Shown: positions 45,879 through 56,191, counted from the stretch's first letter. The stretch: DNA of 64,000 bases from Lacibacter sp. (GCA_047601965.1 JASGIJ010000001.1:3064360-3128359); one strand, 5' to 3'. A program made the numbers and translations. Notes: a model not told the origin generated them from the letters alone.

Positions 45879-47771
45879 CTATTTCTTACCCAGTAACCAT
45901 TTTACAAGATCTTCTGCCGCTTTATAGTTTTCATATTCGGAAGGGAGTTTTCTGCCATCCACATACTCGTTGTATAACCAGGGGTCGCCTACAGCAATCA
46001 CAGCTCCCAAACCATATTTCGCCACCGCAATAATTTTTGCTCCTTCTTTTGTTACAACGGGAACGGCAGGTGCCTTCACTTCCAGCTCACTGATTTCTTT
46101 CAGAAACATTTTACCGGTTGTTTTAAACACAGCATTGTTTGCACCGGGTAAAACTTCGCCCTGTACATACGTATCGTTTTTCACCATGTTCAGGCTGTTA
46201 TTGGTAAAACTGATCCCGAATTTCTTTGCAAGCAGATTAAAGTGCTGCAGATCGCAGTTGTTGCTGTCATTTGCCATGAGCAGTAAAGTGCCTCCTGCTT
46301 TTACCCAATTGCTGATTACCCCGGCATCTTTTGCTGAAACATAATTCGGCTTTGGATTATCCCGGGTATGATCGGGGTCAACAATAATGTAAACAGAAGA
46401 GCCTTTCAGATTCAGTGCTGATGGTGCTGCATCCAGCGATTTCAGTTTTGCACCATACCTTTCAAATATATTACCCAGGGTGTAAAAGCCCGGATGGCTT
46501 CTTTCTTCCCACACATAATGCCAGTACACTTCTGTGCCTGTTGCATCTTTTCTTTTCTCACTGTTGAAATAACGGTCAAGCAAAACAGTTTTGCCCCTGC
46601 CAACGGCTTGTGTTGACAGCATTTCCATTTCACCTGCAGCAAGTAAAAAAGCGCCTACGCCTTTGGCATCGTTTACAATCACATCTTCGCTCATGTAATA
46701 TGCAAAACTTCCGTCACGGTAAGGTTTACCACCAAGGCCTGATACTTTTACAGTTCCATGCAGATTGGTTTGACCGTTTTCCTCTTTAATGAATTTTTTC
46801 ACAATACCATCGTAGCCCTTTTTAGCAACTGTAAGTTTAGCTGCTGGTAAATATCCTTTACGCACTCCTTTTGCAACAGCATAAACAAATTGAGACGATG
46901 CAGAAGCTTCAAAATAATTTTTTTCTTTACCCGGACCATTGTAGTTCATTACATCGTACCACAAACCTGTTGCAGGGTCCTGTTGTTTTTCAATTGCATT
47001 TACCAAACGGTTTAAAATTGCAATCAGGTCTTTTATTTTTGGATGATTGGCGGGAAAATAATCCAGCGCATCAACCAACGCATCAGCATACCAGCCCATT
47101 GCTCTTGCCCAGAAGTGTGGTGAAGTACCGGTTGTTTTATTGGCCCATTGCTGCTGTTTACTTTCATCCCATGCATGGTAGAGAAGTCCTGTTTCAGGAT
47201 CTCTTGCATGTTTTTCCATCCAGATAAACTGGTTGGCAATATCATTAAAAGCTGTGTCTTCGTGAAAGAGCATGGCATACTCAGCATAAAACGGAGCACC
47301 CATATACAAACCGTCGAGCCACATCTGATTGGTGTAAATTTTCTTGTGCCAGAAACCACCTTCGTTGGTACGGGGATGTGTGCGTAACTGATCACGCAGG
47401 TGCATAGCAGCTTTTTTATACTTCTCTGCGCCTGTTACACGATAAAGCAGTAACACCAGTTTACCATTGTTTACATGATCAATGTTGTATTCCTCCAGCT
47501 CATAGCCCTTAATGCTGCCATCGTTCTGCACAAAATAATCCATCCTCGATTTGAGTGAATTGTAATAGTGCACATTTCCGGTACGCATCCATAAACTTTC
47601 ATAACCTTTGAGCACCACACCCATGTCGTAACTCCACTTTGTACGGCTGCCAACGGGCAGGCTGTCGGGCCAGATTTTGTCAACAGTGGCTGCAACTTTT
47701 TCGCTCCATTTCACCTGGGCTGAAGATTGCAGAAAACAAAACAAGAATAAGACTGCAAATATTTTTTTCAT
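45879..47771 (-). CDS. GH105/GH88-type unsaturated rhamnogalacturonyl hydrolase with about 240-aa extra C-terminal domain
   Basis: 630 aa with a signal peptide. The (alpha/alpha)6 region carries WSYDMGVVL, MWLDGLYMG, HFWARAMGW and ASASSQFVYA. The C-terminal domain starts around LSTQAVGRGKTVLLD (DUF4350-like by memory). Confidence 0.88.
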   Translation of the reverse strand: MKKIFAVLFLFCFLQSSAQVKWSEKVAATVDKIWPDSLPVGSRTKWSYDMGVVLKGYESLWMRTGNVHYYNSLKSRMDYFVQNDGSIKGYELEEYNIDHVNNGKLVLLLYRVTGAEKYKKAAMHLRDQLRTHPRTNEGGFWHKKIYTNQMWLDGLYMGAPFYAEYAMLFHEDTAFNDIANQFIWMEKHARDPETGLLYHAWDESKQQQWANKTTGTSPHFWARAMGWYADALVDALDYFPANHPKIKDLIAILNRLVNAIEKQQDPATGLWYDVMNYNGPGKEKNYFEASASSQFVYAVAKGVRKGYLPAAKLTVAKKGYDGIVKKFIKEENGQTNLHGTVKVSGLGGKPYRDGSFAYYMSEDVIVNDAKGVGAFLLAAGEMEMLSTQAVGRGKTVLLDRYFNSEKRKDATGTEVYWHYVWEERSHPGFYTLGNIFERYGAKLKSLDAAPSALNLKGSSVYIIVDPDHTRDNPKPNYVSAKDAGVISNWVKAGGTLLLMANDSNNCDLQHFNLLAKKFGISFTNNSLNMVKNDTYVQGEVLPGANNAVFKTTGKMFLKEISELEVKAPAVPVVTKEGAKIIAVAKYGLGAVIAVGDPWLYNEYVDGRKLPSEYENYKAAEDLVKWLLGKK

Positions 47772-47833
47772 AATCAGGAATTATTGTGAAAACTCACCGG
47801 TTGAGAAAGCCAGTGGGTTTCATTTTAAAATTA

Positions 47834-49482
47834 TTACCATTTAATTTCTTTGGCATCAGCTCCAAACTCACAAAGCAGTTTTTCCTTCGCATTTGCACTG
47901 CCTGTATTTTTTATACGGATGCTTTTGCTTCTTTCGCCGCTTACACGAAACAGCAGTTCACTGTTTTGCCTGTAAGTAATCTTATCGAATATTAGATTAT
48001 CGCTGTTGAGTATATCCACAACGGGCTCTGTATCGTTTGAAATAACTGTTATGTTACGAAAAGTAATATTGCTTGCTTCCTGCACGTCAATACCCTTTTG
48101 TGCCTGGAGCACCATATTTTCAAGAACAATATTCTGCACGTGCATTTCGGGCAACCCACGAACAAAGATCCCTTTTGAGCTCCGTTGCAATACACATTGC
48201 TGATGTGGAAATTTTTGAAAACAGGAGTTGTTTCATCCACCGGTTTAAATTCAACTTTTGGCAACTCTCTTTTTTCACCTGCAAGCGGCACAGGATCTTT
48301 TGCCATATAATACATGTCGAACAAAATAGCTTCGCCGGGAATATCTTTCATATAAATATCCTTAATGAAAATGTTCTCCACCACACCGCCACGGCCTCTT
48401 GTGGTTTTGAAACGAAGACCAATATCAGCTCCCACAAATGTGCAGTTGCTGACATATATATTCTTTGCTCCGCCGCTCATTTCGCTTCCTATTACAAAGC
48501 CGCCGTGTGATGCATATACTGTACAGCCACGGATAATCACATTTTCAATGGGTCGTCCTCTTTTTCTTCCCTCGGCATCACGGCCGCTCTTCATACACAA
48601 TGCATCATCACCCACATCAAATACAGAATTTTCAATCAACACATTTTTGCAGCTCTCAGCATCAATACCATCGCCGTTTTGTGCATACCAGGGATTTTTT
48701 ACAAACACATTCCGTACAGTGAGGTTTTCACACATCAGCGGATGTAAACACCATGCCGGTGAATTTTGAAAAGTCACCCCTTCCAGCAAAACATTTTTAC
48801 AGCTTGTAAATAATACAAGATTGGGGCGAAGAAAATCTTTGATGCTTTGGTAAAATGCTTCATCTTTTTCCGGTGTAATCTGGCCGGGATTGGCCATCTT
48901 ACTTCCTTTCATAAATGCTTCAGAAGGATACCATGTTTTTTTGTCTTCACTAAGCACTCCGCCCGATTCAACTTTCTTTTTCCACTGACTTGCGGTTAAT
49001 TTATCGCTTTTAACTGCACGCCACACATCGCCATTACCATCAATAATTCCTTTTCCTGTAATGGCAATATTTATTGCATTGGTAGCAGATATAGGCGATT
49101 GATTCCGCATCTGAGGAAGCCCTTCCCAATCGGCTTTCACCAGCGGATACTGCGATTTATCAGCAGTAAACAACAAGGTTGCGCCGGTTGCCAAATGCAG
49201 GTTTACATTATTTTTTAAAACCACCGGGCCTGTTAACCACAAACCGGCAGGCACCAGTACCACGCCACCTCCTTTTTTGGTACAGGCATCAACAGCATTA
49301 TTAATGGCACGTGTGTTTAATGTATAGCCATCCGGAACTGCCCCGAACTTTACTATACTGACCGTATCTTTTTTAAATTTTGGCGCAACTACAACAGGAA
49401 GTTTTGCATTAAACTGCGAAAAAGCCTGCAATACGCAGACTGAAAGCAAAAGAAAGAGATTGATTTTTTTCATTACTGGCAA
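47834..49482 (-). pseudogene. GH28 polygalacturonase interrupted by a -1 frameshift
   Basis: Contains the GH28 motifs NGDGID, GDDALCMKSG, GHGGFVIGSE and RFKTTRGRGG. The reading frame breaks at cccttttg (48170-48176). One extra base restores ...NVYCNGAQKGIFVRGLPEMHVQNIVLEN..., which continues in ORF 47834-48190. Confidence 0.88.
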
Positions 49483-49592
49483 TAACCGGTTAAGAAATAG
49501 TTTTTTTGCGATGCCAAGTTACCCCTGCTGCCGCTTTTAAAAGAAGCATTCGAAACGTTTATTTACGCAAACGATACCGAACAAAATGCCTT

Positions 49593-50024
49593 TTATTTTA
49601 CAATTTTTACGGCCTGCCTTGCCAATAATTTCCAGGTTCCCTTCTGCTTTTGCCAGGTAGTCATTATTTTCAAATGTACTTCGCCGGGCTTATTATTGTC
49701 GTTTGTTTTTGCATTGAGCATAAAAGTTACAATGGCTGTTTTGCCGCTTACTGTAATCACAATATCAGTGAACTCGTTTGTAACAAAATCTGAACGGCCG
49801 CTTGTAAACGATTCAACAAATTCTGTTTTGTTTTCGATTTTGCCTCCGCTATGACCATATTTCAACTGTCCGGCAGCAATATTTTCCAGTGCATTCTTTT
49901 CTCCACTGATCATGGCCAGCCTGAACGTTTCAACTGCAGATGCCACCTGTTTTTCCTTTTTTGACTGTGCGTTAACCAAGCCTGTTACAATTAATAAAAC
50001 TAAAAACAAGAAACTTTTTTTCAT
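49593..50024 (-). CDS. NTF2-like (SnoaL/DUF4440-type) exported protein
   Basis: 143 aa with a signal peptide. Its ATG overlaps the upstream stop (ATGA at 50021-50024). Confidence 0.7.
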   Translation of the reverse strand: MKKSFLFLVLLIVTGLVNAQSKKEKQVASAVETFRLAMISGEKNALENIAAGQLKYGHSGGKIENKTEFVESFTSGRSDFVTNEFTDIVITVSGKTAIVTFMLNAKTNDNNKPGEVHLKIMTTWQKQKGTWKLLARQAVKIVK

Positions 50025-50926
50025 TTTGTATTATTTGTGTTATCTGATTGAATGATGAATAATGTGTAAGTAACCGTTAAAGATTTTCCGGGAGCCAGTA
50101 CAAGAAGTGAGCTGCTGCCGGGCCATGCAATATTCTGCATACTTTTTTCTTTCCGCAAAATCCATTTCTGTTTGCCGGCTGCATCGGCCGTACCTGACTG
50201 CAGAATAAAAGACGTATTTTTTTTGCTTCCGAAACTTCCTTTCATTGTTATTGTCTTCCCCGCAATGTTTCCGTATAATTCAGGAACCAGTTTTACTGTG
50301 TCAGAAATAAACTGCACATCGCCCGGTAATGCCAGCCGGGCTGAAAAACCACTGTAATGCTTTTCGTCTTCCGATCCACCCAGTTTTACTGTATCGGTTA
50401 ATGCCGTTAATGTTATTGTAAACCGTAGTTCCCTTGCTGCTGCATTGTTACTTTGATACAGTATAGAGCATTCTTCTTTCAGAAAGCGCCGGGGGGTTGA
50501 TTTTATTCCGTTCAGTGAATCACTGTTCCAGTAACAGGTTGTATTTAACAATGCCTTTTTCTGCGAAACAGAAGTGTTTGTATTGATTACTTCCCAACTG
50601 ATGTTTCTGCAATCCCAACCATCACCTGCTCTGAAATTGCTGACAAAGATCTGATGCCATGTCCAGTAAATCCCCCGCTGATGCGGATGATCGGCAGGAA
50701 AATCTTCCGTCAGCACTTCTTCTTCAAATCCATACAGCGGATGAATATAATTGGCTCTGGGATAAAGCCCGTTCAATGATTTTGTTTTTGACTGATAGTG
50801 ATAAACCTTACGGCCACTATCCAGCAATGTTACACCTTCAGGTGTTTGAGCAAAAGAAAAACGTTGCGCTGTTACATGCATAACAGCGCAACAAAATATA
50901 AACAGTATTATAAATCCTTTTTTCAC
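50021..50926 (-). CDS. DUF6807 / PmoA-family exported protein
   Basis: 301 aa with a GTG start directly after the upstream TGA (TGAGTG) and a signal peptide. It has the family-like motif YIHPLYG..EEVLTEDFPADHPHQRGIYWTW. Confidence 0.75.
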   Translation of the reverse strand: MKKGFIILFIFCCAVMHVTAQRFSFAQTPEGVTLLDSGRKVYHYQSKTKSLNGLYPRANYIHPLYGFEEEVLTEDFPADHPHQRGIYWTWHQIFVSNFRAGDGWDCRNISWEVINTNTSVSQKKALLNTTCYWNSDSLNGIKSTPRRFLKEECSILYQSNNAAARELRFTITLTALTDTVKLGGSEDEKHYSGFSARLALPGDVQFISDTVKLVPELYGNIAGKTITMKGSFGSKKNTSFILQSGTADAAGKQKWILRKEKSMQNIAWPGSSSLLVLAPGKSLTVTYTLFIIQSDNTNNTK

Positions 50927-52321
50927 TCAGAACCTTTTTGCCATTGGAACCAGGTCTGTCAGTTCAGCAATTTTCACCGGACGTTTTAACTGAATACTTT
51001 TTCTTGCAGCGATTCCAATTAAGATACTCATTGCGCCTTCTCTTGTTCCGGCCATTACATGATGCGGATTATCGTTTGTATTGGTAAACATTCTCCGCTG
51101 CATACGGATATCGCCGCCACCATGGCCACCACGGATTTTTGGCGTTGTATATATTTCGTAATCTTTCCCGAAATTATCCCATGCAAGAATTTCACGTACT
51201 TCACCGGCAACAGCATCATCAGCATTGCTCATTTCAATTGCATGCCGTTTACCCTGATCGTCCTGTGTTTTTTGCAGGTATGGAATATCTTCCCATGTTT
51301 CAATACGGCCCTTCATACCATTAAATGCAATCTGCCAGCCTTCATAAGGAGAATAGGTGGTAAGTGAGTAATTAGCTGTAATACCATTGGCATAAATAAT
51401 CTGCGCACTCATTTTATCGTAAATATCAATTTCATTGCTCCATACACAACCATCACGGATATAACCATCGTGCTGTTCATTTTTTACATAGAGATTTTCA
51501 AGATGCTGATTTGCGGTAATATCCCAGAAAAACTTACATTGGACCTTGTGTTCACATCCACGGCATTTTGTACCCCTGAATGAGTTGTTTTTTCCATAAT
51601 GTTCCAGCGAGCCGTAAGCACTTACTTCAACAGGTTCGCTGTTCAGCCACCAGTTCAGTAAATCAAAATGATGTGTAGCCTTATGTACCCACAACGAACC
51701 GCTTCTGTTCATCCGTCCATGCCATCTTCTGAAATAATCAGAGCCATGATGAACATTGAGGTACCAGTTAAAATCAACTGATGTTATTTTGCCAACACGT
51801 TCAGCCGCCAGCAATTCCTTTAACTGCATTGCATGTACACTGTGACGGTAGTTAAATGCTACCGTTACCTTTTTACCCGATTTCTTTTCTGCATCAAGAA
51901 TACGTTTGCATTTATCTTCATCTGTAGTCATGGGTTTTTCTGTAATTACATTAAACCCTGCGTTGAGTGCTTTTACAATAATTTCATCATGTGTGGCATC
52001 CACCGTCATTACCATAATGTAATCTGCTTTTACCTGCTTCAGCATTTCATCCACATTCACAAAAGTGGGGCAGTTTACTCCAATATATTCTTTTGCATAA
52101 GCCAGCCGTCCTGGATTAATATCGCTGAGAGCAACCAGTTCGCAACTTTCCTTAAATTCAGTAGCGATCTGTTTTCCCCAAAGACTGGAACCCCGGGCTC
52201 CGGTACCAACCAATGCAAGCCTTAATTTGTTTCCTGAATGGGATGCAAGCGATGTAAAAGGATGCAACATCAATGAAGCACCTGCTGCAGCTGTGTATTT
52301 AACAAATGATCTTCTTTCCAT
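50927..52321 (-). CDS. Gfo/Idh/MocA family oxidoreductase with twin-arginine (TAT) signal
   Basis: 464 aa. Has the MERRSFVKYTAAAGASLML TAT motif, then the Rossmann motif LALVGTGARGS and a C-terminal GFO_IDH_MocA alpha/beta domain. Confidence 0.88.
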   Translation of the reverse strand: MERRSFVKYTAAAGASLMLHPFTSLASHSGNKLRLALVGTGARGSSLWGKQIATEFKESCELVALSDINPGRLAYAKEYIGVNCPTFVNVDEMLKQVKADYIMVMTVDATHDEIIVKALNAGFNVITEKPMTTDEDKCKRILDAEKKSGKKVTVAFNYRHSVHAMQLKELLAAERVGKITSVDFNWYLNVHHGSDYFRRWHGRMNRSGSLWVHKATHHFDLLNWWLNSEPVEVSAYGSLEHYGKNNSFRGTKCRGCEHKVQCKFFWDITANQHLENLYVKNEQHDGYIRDGCVWSNEIDIYDKMSAQIIYANGITANYSLTTYSPYEGWQIAFNGMKGRIETWEDIPYLQKTQDDQGKRHAIEMSNADDAVAGEVREILAWDNFGKDYEIYTTPKIRGGHGGGDIRMQRRMFTNTNDNPHHVMAGTREGAMSILIGIAARKSIQLKRPVKIAELTDLVPMAKRF

Positions 52322-52341
52322 ATGGCATTATTTTAATCGTT

Positions 52342-53949
52342 TTATTTTTCAATCCTGAACCAGTCAACATCTGCAAAGCCGGCATCATTTGTTTTGTTGA
52401 TTCTTGAAAAGAAGTAACCAACTTTTGCTCCAACCCATCTGCCGGGTTTAATCTTAAACGGTTCACCAATCGTTTTAAAACTCACTCCGTCTTCACTGTA
52501 ACTGAAACTGCAAACAGCATCCTTCTTAACCTGCACACGGAAATAAATTTCCTTACTGTTCAGCTTTTCTCCATCCTGTACTGTTTCTTTGGTTCCTTTA
52601 TCCGCATCCTTACAGGATGCAAATGAAATATAATTTCCATCTGCTTTTTTAGTGATGGAAACAGAAGCAAAATCAACACCAATCACAATCAAACCCAAAC
52701 GTTCACCTTCCCATTTGGGGCTGAAAGAGAATTTTGTGGTTGCTGTAAATTCATCGGCTGGAAATTTCTGTGCAAGAATGTAAGGATAAAACCATGGGGA
52801 TACTTCAGCATCAGCTTTCAGCACAGAAAAGAATTTTAAATGACCATAAGGAGTTGGCATGGCCCAGTATTGCTGCGGGTTGGCCTGCCATTGCCATTGT
52901 AATCCCAACGTGGTTGAATTAAACTCATCGCTCTCAACAGGTGTAACAACAGGATATGTTTTACCAACATTGGGCTTTTTATAAGTGAGCACAGGTTCAC
53001 CTTTTCCGTCCCCATCTTTATCTACTCCAATCACCGGCCAATCATTGACCCATTTCATTGGCTGCAGGTGAACAATTCTGCCATACGCTTCTTTATCCTG
53101 AAAATGTAAGAACCAGTCTTCGCCCGTTTGTGTTGTTACCCATGCACCCTGGTGCGGACCATTCACTATTGATGCGCCCTGATCCATCACCACTTTGCGT
53201 TCGTAAGGACCGTAAATACTTTTTGAACGAAGAACCAATTGCCATCCTGTGCTTACGCCACCTGCAGGTGCAAAAATGTAATAGTAACCATTGCGTTTAT
53301 AAAACTTGGGGCCTTCAAGTGTAGGATCAGCAGCATGACCATCAAATACCATTACCGGATTACTGATGGTTTTTGTTCCTTCCTTATTCATTTCTTTCAC
53401 CACCACAATTGATTTAATTCCTGCACGGCTGCCTGCATAAGCATGAACGAGATACACTTTACCGTTATCATCCCACAGCGGACAAGGATCAATCAAACCT
53501 TTTCCTTCTTCCACCAGAACAGGTTCGCTCCAGGGGCCGGTAATTGTTTTTGATTTGATGAGATAAATTCCAAAATCAGGATCGGGATAATAAATATAAA
53601 ATTCATTGTTGTGATAACGGATAGCCGGAGCCCACACACCTGCACCATGCTGTACTTTATCATACACGTTGAATGGTGGTTGTTTGATGAGGGCATAACC
53701 AATGAGTTTCCAGTTCACCAGGTCTTTCGACTGCAGAATAGGCAAGCCGGGTATATGAGTAAATGACGAAGCAATCATGTAATAATCATCACCAACACGA
53801 ATGGCATCCGGATCGCTGTAGTCTGCATTGATCACAGGATTTTTGTACGTACCATTTCCGTTATCAGCCACCCATACTTTTGAAACTGTTTGTGCATGTA
53901 AACTATTTACTGATGCTGCAACCATCAGTAAAAACATTAGTCTTTTCAT
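52342..53949 (-). CDS. GH43 glycoside hydrolase (beta-xylosidase / alpha-L-arabinofuranosidase type) with C-terminal beta-sandwich
   Basis: 535 aa with a signal peptide. Contains YKNPVINADYSDPDAIRVGDDYYM, VWAPAIRYH and LEGPKFYKRNGYYY (the catalytic D/D/E context). Confidence 0.9.
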   Translation of the reverse strand: MKRLMFLLMVAASVNSLHAQTVSKVWVADNGNGTYKNPVINADYSDPDAIRVGDDYYMIASSFTHIPGLPILQSKDLVNWKLIGYALIKQPPFNVYDKVQHGAGVWAPAIRYHNNEFYIYYPDPDFGIYLIKSKTITGPWSEPVLVEEGKGLIDPCPLWDDNGKVYLVHAYAGSRAGIKSIVVVKEMNKEGTKTISNPVMVFDGHAADPTLEGPKFYKRNGYYYIFAPAGGVSTGWQLVLRSKSIYGPYERKVVMDQGASIVNGPHQGAWVTTQTGEDWFLHFQDKEAYGRIVHLQPMKWVNDWPVIGVDKDGDGKGEPVLTYKKPNVGKTYPVVTPVESDEFNSTTLGLQWQWQANPQQYWAMPTPYGHLKFFSVLKADAEVSPWFYPYILAQKFPADEFTATTKFSFSPKWEGERLGLIVIGVDFASVSITKKADGNYISFASCKDADKGTKETVQDGEKLNSKEIYFRVQVKKDAVCSFSYSEDGVSFKTIGEPFKIKPGRWVGAKVGYFFSRINKTNDAGFADVDWFRIEK

Positions 53950-54011
53950 TTTAATCTTTATTGTTTTTCTTTTTGATATATATAATTCGTCCTGAAATTT
54001 ATTGGTTCATT

Positions 54012-55055
54012 TCATAATTCGATTACTCTTTTTTCCTTCACACTTTTTAATGCTGCTTCAATTACACTGATCACTTTCATTCCATCTTCACCACTGATGT
54101 GTACAGGTTTGTTATTGCGTAATGTTTGATAAACGCCTTCGTAAAAATCCATGTAGTTGCCCCTAAATGAAGGGAGATGTTCTCTCTCAATTTTTCCATT
54201 TACTTCTGAATGCAGCAATCCTCTTTCTGATTCGGGTTCAATTCCATAATCAGCATCTGTTGTTTTTTTTCCCGCTTGTAATTGCGTTTCCTGCACATCT
54301 GTTTTTGGTTTGATGAACGAACCAAGCTTGCCATGTATCTGCAAGCCGGGCATGGCTTCACGCACATAGTAACTCGATCTTAATGTTGCACGATGTGTTG
54401 GATAAAATAATTTCAGATCAAAATAATCATCCACCTGCGAACCCGGACGGTTGATAGCAATATCTGCAAACACAGCTGTTGGCATTCCAAAAAACTGTAT
54501 GGATTGATCAATTAAATGTGCACCGAGATCGTACAAACAACCAACGGCTGCAGTAGGAGCTTCTTTATGTGCTTTATAACTTAATGCGGGCACAAAGCGA
54601 TCGTACCTTAATTCAGCATCCACAATATCGCCCAGCAAACCATCTTCCAATACTTTCTTTACAGTTTTAAAATCACTGTCGAAACGTCTGTTCTGGTAAA
54701 CAAACAGTTTACAGTTGTTTTGTTTCGCCAGTTCAATTAATTCCTGCGCCTGGGCAACCGTTGCAGTAAAAGGTTTTTCAACCACTACATGTTTACCGGC
54801 CTGTAATACCTGCTTAGTAAAATCATAATGCGTAACACTTGGTGTGTTCACAACAACAAGTTCAACAGCTTCATCAGCAAGCAACTCTTCCAGTGTGCGG
54901 AATGTTTTTACCGATGGATATTTTTCCTGCGCAAGATTTTTTGTGCGTTCCCAAACGCCATATAAATTAAATGCAGGATGAGCATCAATGAAAGGCGCAT
55001 GAAACACCCATCCGCTCATACCAAAAGAACAAAGTGCTGTACTTATCTGTTTCAT
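54012..55055 (-). CDS. Gfo/Idh/MocA family oxidoreductase (no signal peptide)
   Basis: 347 aa with N-terminal CSFGMSGWVFHAPF and EKPFTAT. Predicted cytoplasmic. Confidence 0.88.
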   Translation of the reverse strand: MKQISTALCSFGMSGWVFHAPFIDAHPAFNLYGVWERTKNLAQEKYPSVKTFRTLEELLADEAVELVVVNTPSVTHYDFTKQVLQAGKHVVVEKPFTATVAQAQELIELAKQNNCKLFVYQNRRFDSDFKTVKKVLEDGLLGDIVDAELRYDRFVPALSYKAHKEAPTAAVGCLYDLGAHLIDQSIQFFGMPTAVFADIAINRPGSQVDDYFDLKLFYPTHRATLRSSYYVREAMPGLQIHGKLGSFIKPKTDVQETQLQAGKKTTDADYGIEPESERGLLHSEVNGKIEREHLPSFRGNYMDFYEGVYQTLRNNKPVHISGEDGMKVISVIEAALKSVKEKRVIEL

Positions 55056-55186
55056 TTTATTTCAGCTTATTGTTAGATATTTTTTGATAACACGAATTAT
55101 TTCGAATTACACGAATGAAGTAGGCGATAGATTTATATAGTTAATCTGTGTTTATAATTCGTGTAATAAAATCTTTCTTCAATTTT

Positions 55187-56086
55187 TTACAATCCCGCCA
55201 GCCAGTTTTTTAAACGTTCCATCCAGTTATCAGCAGTTGTTTTGTTGTACAGGCCAAATCCATGTCCGCCATGAGGGTACAGATGCATTTCAACCGGCAC
55301 TTTGTTTTTCACACAAGCCTGGTAAAAGCGTACACTGTTTTCAACGGGTACGCCGCCATCATCACTTGCATGTACAATAAATGCCGGAGGTGTTGCAGCT
55401 GTTACCTGCAATTCATTGGAGAAGAATTTAATTGTTTCAGCTGATGCTTTTGCACCAACCAGATTGTTTCTTGATCCTTTATGTGTGATTGTACTGTCGA
55501 AGCTGATAACAGGATAAAGCAGGATTGCAAAATCAGGGCGTACTGAAGTTGTATCGTTATTAGTCGCATCGGCCTTGAAATTAAAATGCGTTGCAGCTGT
55601 TGATGCAAGATGACCACCGGCTGAAAAACCCATGATGCCGATTTTGTTTTTGTTCACGCCCCATTGTGCAGCATTCGACCGCACAAAACGAATGGCCTGT
55701 TGTGCATCCTGCAAAGGGGCAAGACTTTTATCAATGTTGAATGTATCATCGGGCAAACGGTATTTCAACACAAAAGCAGTAACGCCCCATTTGTTTAATT
55801 CTTCTGCCACTTTAGTTCCTTCTTTATCAAATGCAAGAATACCATAACCACCTCCGGGACAAATGATCACTGCCTGTCCGTTTGGTGTGGCAGGTTTGTA
55901 AACAGTAATTGTAGGCAAACTTACTTTTTCAATGCGCATCACATTATCACGAAAAGTTGAATTTTCTTTCTTGGGTGCAGGTTTTGAATTGGGAACTGCA
56001 CCGTTGTATAAAGGCATTTCCATTTTTGATTGTGCTGATACAGCAGCAGCAAAAAGAACAGCCGACATAAATAATAATTTCTTCAT
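55187..56086 (-). CDS. alpha/beta hydrolase (acetyl-esterase-like), secreted
   Basis: 299 aa with a signal peptide, CPGGGY, the nucleophile elbow GFSAGGH and C-terminal HGF. It is a paralogue of 60588-61517. Confidence 0.8.
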   Translation of the reverse strand: MKKLLFMSAVLFAAAVSAQSKMEMPLYNGAVPNSKPAPKKENSTFRDNVMRIEKVSLPTITVYKPATPNGQAVIICPGGGYGILAFDKEGTKVAEELNKWGVTAFVLKYRLPDDTFNIDKSLAPLQDAQQAIRFVRSNAAQWGVNKNKIGIMGFSAGGHLASTAATHFNFKADATNNDTTSVRPDFAILLYPVISFDSTITHKGSRNNLVGAKASAETIKFFSNELQVTAATPPAFIVHASDDGGVPVENSVRFYQACVKNKVPVEMHLYPHGGHGFGLYNKTTADNWMERLKNWLAGL

Positions 56087-56191
56087 TACCGTTTTTTTAT
56101 CGTTTTGTTTGACAGAAGCTTCTAAAGGTAGACTGTTTTTGAAATCATTTTTTCTTAAAGATGATTAATGGCAAAGCCATAACAAATTGCT

